Shown one piece after another: positions 62,088 to 64,000 of a DNA stretch of 64,000 bases. Every line of letters starts with the position of its first letter. Position 1 is the first letter of the stretch. The notes beneath the pieces were generated by a model, which saw nothing but the letters and a program-made list of their open reading frames with translations, made no database searches and was not told the origin of the DNA. Made by a program: the position numbers and the translations under genes. The DNA comes from an uncultured Eubacteriales bacterium (GTDB lineage Bacteria > Bacillota > Clostridia > Oscillospirales > Oscillospiraceae): positions 97,133-161,132 of the forward strand of contig ONIN01000009.1 of NCBI GenBank assembly GCA_900317905.1, in the 5' to 3' direction.

Positions 62088-62255
62088 TTTCTATCTCTCC
62101 CCTGTTATTTCTTTTTCGTTCGCGTGGGACGTACATTTGTCCTTATTATAGCGCCATCTCTGTGAAAATTCAATGAAGTTTTCAAACAAATGGTTGAAAC
62201 TTGCCGGATTGGACAGTATAATCAAGGCATCGAGCAACCCAAGGAGGTTTCCATC

Positions 62256-62702
62256 ATGGCGGAAATGAAATTTTTTGACCGGCTGTATATCAAGGGCCGC
62301 GCGGCCGCGGCGGACAAGCTGGAGAATTATATCGGCAAGCGGATGACGGATCTGGTGGCAGTGCCCACGGACACCATGTTCATGGTGGCGAAGGTACTGG
62401 CCGACCGGGAGGTCCCCTCCGGCAGCAAGCTGGACTTCCTGTTCTCCATCGGGTATCTGTTTCTGCCCTTCGATCTGATCCCGGACAAGTGGAGGCTGAT
62501 CGGTTTTCTGGACGATTCCATCGCCGTGGTCAGCTCCATCGGCAAGGTGCTGCGCACCACCGAGCGGGAACGGCTGCTGGAATACTGGCAGGGCGACCCC
62601 GACATGCTGGACTCCGCCAGAGAGCTCTCCATCAAGATCGACGAAAAGATCGGCTCCGGCATGATCAAGAAGATGACCAAGCTGGCAAAGCTTGCTGAAT
62701 GA
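62256..62702 (+). CDS. DUF1232 (YkvA-like) membrane protein
   Basis: Start moved to MAEMKFF (AAGGAGG 7 nt upstream). LFLPFDLIPDKWRLIGFLDD is the DUF1232 core. Confidence 0.8.
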   Translation: MAEMKFFDRLYIKGRAAAADKLENYIGKRMTDLVAVPTDTMFMVAKVLADREVPSGSKLDFLFSIGYLFLPFDLIPDKWRLIGFLDDSIAVVSSIGKVLRTTERERLLEYWQGDPDMLDSARELSIKIDEKIGSGMIKKMTKLAKLAE

Positions 62703-62707
62703 AACAT

Positions 62708-62738
62708 GAGAGCGTACCGTTTCGGTACGCTCTTTTTT
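62708..62738. terminator. bidirectional terminator
   Basis: GAGAGCGTACC / GGTACGCTCTC stem plus TTTTTT between convergent genes. Confidence 0.85.
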
Positions 62739-63444
62739 ATGTGAGAAAGGTTCTAAGGCGGTCGATGGCCTTGCGCTCCAGTCTGGAGACCTGCACCTGG
62801 GAGATTTTCAGGATCCCGGCGGCTTTCTGCTGGGTCAGGCCGCGATAGTAGCGCAGGGCCACCACCTTCCGCTCGGTCTCCGGCAGCTTTTCAATAGCGG
62901 CCCGGAGGTCGATATGCTCCAGCATCCGCTCATTGGCGTCTCTATCGGAGAGCATCTGCTCCAGGGAGAATCCGTGCTCCCCGCTCTCCTGCTGCAGAGA
63001 TTCCGTGGGGCTCATGGCGCAGTCCGCCATGGCGACGGTCTCCGGGTCGAGGCCGGTCTCCAGACTGAGCTCCGAGACCGTTGGCTCTCTTCCCAGCTGC
63101 TGCTCCAGAATGCTTCTCGCCTGGGCGATTCTGGCGGCCTGTTCCTTCAGGGTGCGGCTCACCTTCACGGCGCCGTCGTCCCGAAGAAAGCGGCGGATCT
63201 CCCCGGCGATCTTCGGCACCGCGTAGGTGGAAAACTCCGTGCCGAACTGCTCATCGAAGCCGTAGACTGCTTTGAGAAATCCCACGCTGCCCAGCTGGAA
63301 CAGGTCGTCCGGCTCCGCGCCCCGGCCAAAGAATCTCCGGGCGATGCTCCAGATGAGGCCGGCGTTTTCCTCGGTGATCCGTTCCAGCGCTTCCCGGTCT
63401 CCGGATTTGGCAGAGCGCAGGAGACTGCGCATCTGGTCGGTCAT
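62737..63444 (-). CDS. sigF: sporulation sigma factor SigF
   Basis: 235 aa group-3 sigma (FSTYAVPKIAGEIRRFLRDDG; region 4 QQKAAGILKISQVQVSRLERKA), directly downstream of spoIIAB. Confidence 0.9.
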   Translation of the reverse strand: MTDQMRSLLRSAKSGDREALERITEENAGLIWSIARRFFGRGAEPDDLFQLGSVGFLKAVYGFDEQFGTEFSTYAVPKIAGEIRRFLRDDGAVKVSRTLKEQAARIAQARSILEQQLGREPTVSELSLETGLDPETVAMADCAMSPTESLQQESGEHGFSLEQMLSDRDANERMLEHIDLRAAIEKLPETERKVVALRYYRGLTQQKAAGILKISQVQVSRLERKAIDRLRTFLT

Positions 63445-63872
63445 CCCCGGCGCGTGAGCTTCCGGCGCATGGTGACCGTGGTGCCCTTACCGGGAATGGA
63501 ACGGACACGGAGCCTGTCCATGAAGCCCTCCATGATGGTGAAGCCCATGCCGCTGCGCTCCTCGCCGCCGGTGGTATAGAGCGGCGTGCGCGCCCGCTCC
63601 ACGTCCGGAATGCCCACGCCGCGATCCTTCACCACGATCTCCAGCTCCCGGTTCGGAAGGATCCGCATCCGCAGCTGCACCATGCCGATGGCTTCCGGAT
63701 AGGCGTGGACCACCGCGTTGGTCACCGCCTCGGAAACGGCGGTCTTGATGTCCCCCAGCTCGGTCATGTTGGGATCCAGCTGCGCCGCGAAGGCCGCTGC
63801 CGCCGCTCTGGCGAAGCCCTCGTTGACGCTGCGTGCCGGGAATTCCAGCTTGATGTAATTTTCCGCTTTCAT
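63441..63872 (-). CDS. spoIIAB: anti-sigma F factor (serine kinase) SpoIIAB
   Basis: 143 aa; HATPase_c motifs AVSEAVTNAVVHAY and DRGVGI ... SGMGFTIM. 4-nt overlaps with both neighbours. Confidence 0.92.
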   Translation of the reverse strand: MKAENYIKLEFPARSVNEGFARAAAAAFAAQLDPNMTELGDIKTAVSEAVTNAVVHAYPEAIGMVQLRMRILPNRELEIVVKDRGVGIPDVERARTPLYTTGGEERSGMGFTIMEGFMDRLRVRSIPGKGTTVTMRRKLTRRG

Positions 63873-64000
63873 ATGCTGCCCACCTCCCTTCGTTCCGGTT
63901 CCTGCTGCACCAGCATCGCTCCGAGCCCCGCCAGCTCCAGAACTCTGCGGGCCTGCTCCGGCGGGGATTGTACCGTGAGGCTGGCGCCGCTGCGGCTGAG
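63869..64000 (-). CDS. spoIIAA: anti-sigma F factor antagonist SpoIIAA, C-terminal part (5' end outside window)
   Basis: The open frame to the window edge reads ...LSRSGASLTVQSPPEQARRVLELAGLGAMLVQQEPERREVGSI*. This is a STAS-type C-terminus, and its stop overlaps the spoIIAB ATG. Confidence 0.75.
   Translation of the reverse strand, partial: LSRSGASLTVQSPPEQARRVLELAGLGAMLVQQEPERREVGSI

Overview
High-GC Clostridia-type chromosome segment (inferred from spoIIAA-spoIIAB-sigF, ftsEX-M23-ctpA, infC-rpmI-rplT, purBA and greA-lysS). It is densely coded and mostly housekeeping. Most long antisense ORFs in the track are GC-driven shadows of the real genes. I call about 60 CDS, one tRNA-Arg(CCG), several consensus SigA-type promoters and a set of intrinsic terminators. 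The only clearly accessory segment is about 25.2-29.3 kb, starting right after the lysS terminator. It holds a Tn916-type tyrosine integrase plus excisionase, followed by a visibly AT-richer 2.15-kb module bounded by ~36-bp imperfect inverted repeats. That module contains two things. First, a tyrosine-recombinase-fold protein with a degenerate active site, expressed from a perfect TTGACA-17-TATAAT promoter that carries a palindromic operator. Second, a near-consensus promoter driving about 0.6 kb of non-coding sequence built from tandem stem-loop units that show compensatory base changes. This recombinase-like gene plus structured-RNA module is my best candidate for something undescribed. Other points worth a second look: rplT lacks about 25 N-terminal codons, with a perfect 10-bp inverted repeat at the rpmI junction. 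A 24-nt copy of the tRNA-Arg 3' end lies about 70 bp downstream of the tRNA. An 857-aa membrane protein looks like a P-type ATPase with a destroyed phosphorylation motif and a long acidic tail. A rhomboid-like protein has no recognisable catalytic dyad and sits next to a PQQ propeller. An orphan hypA is translationally coupled to a large Fe-S flavoprotein. All functional calls come from reading motifs by eye; no database search, folding program or statistics could be run.
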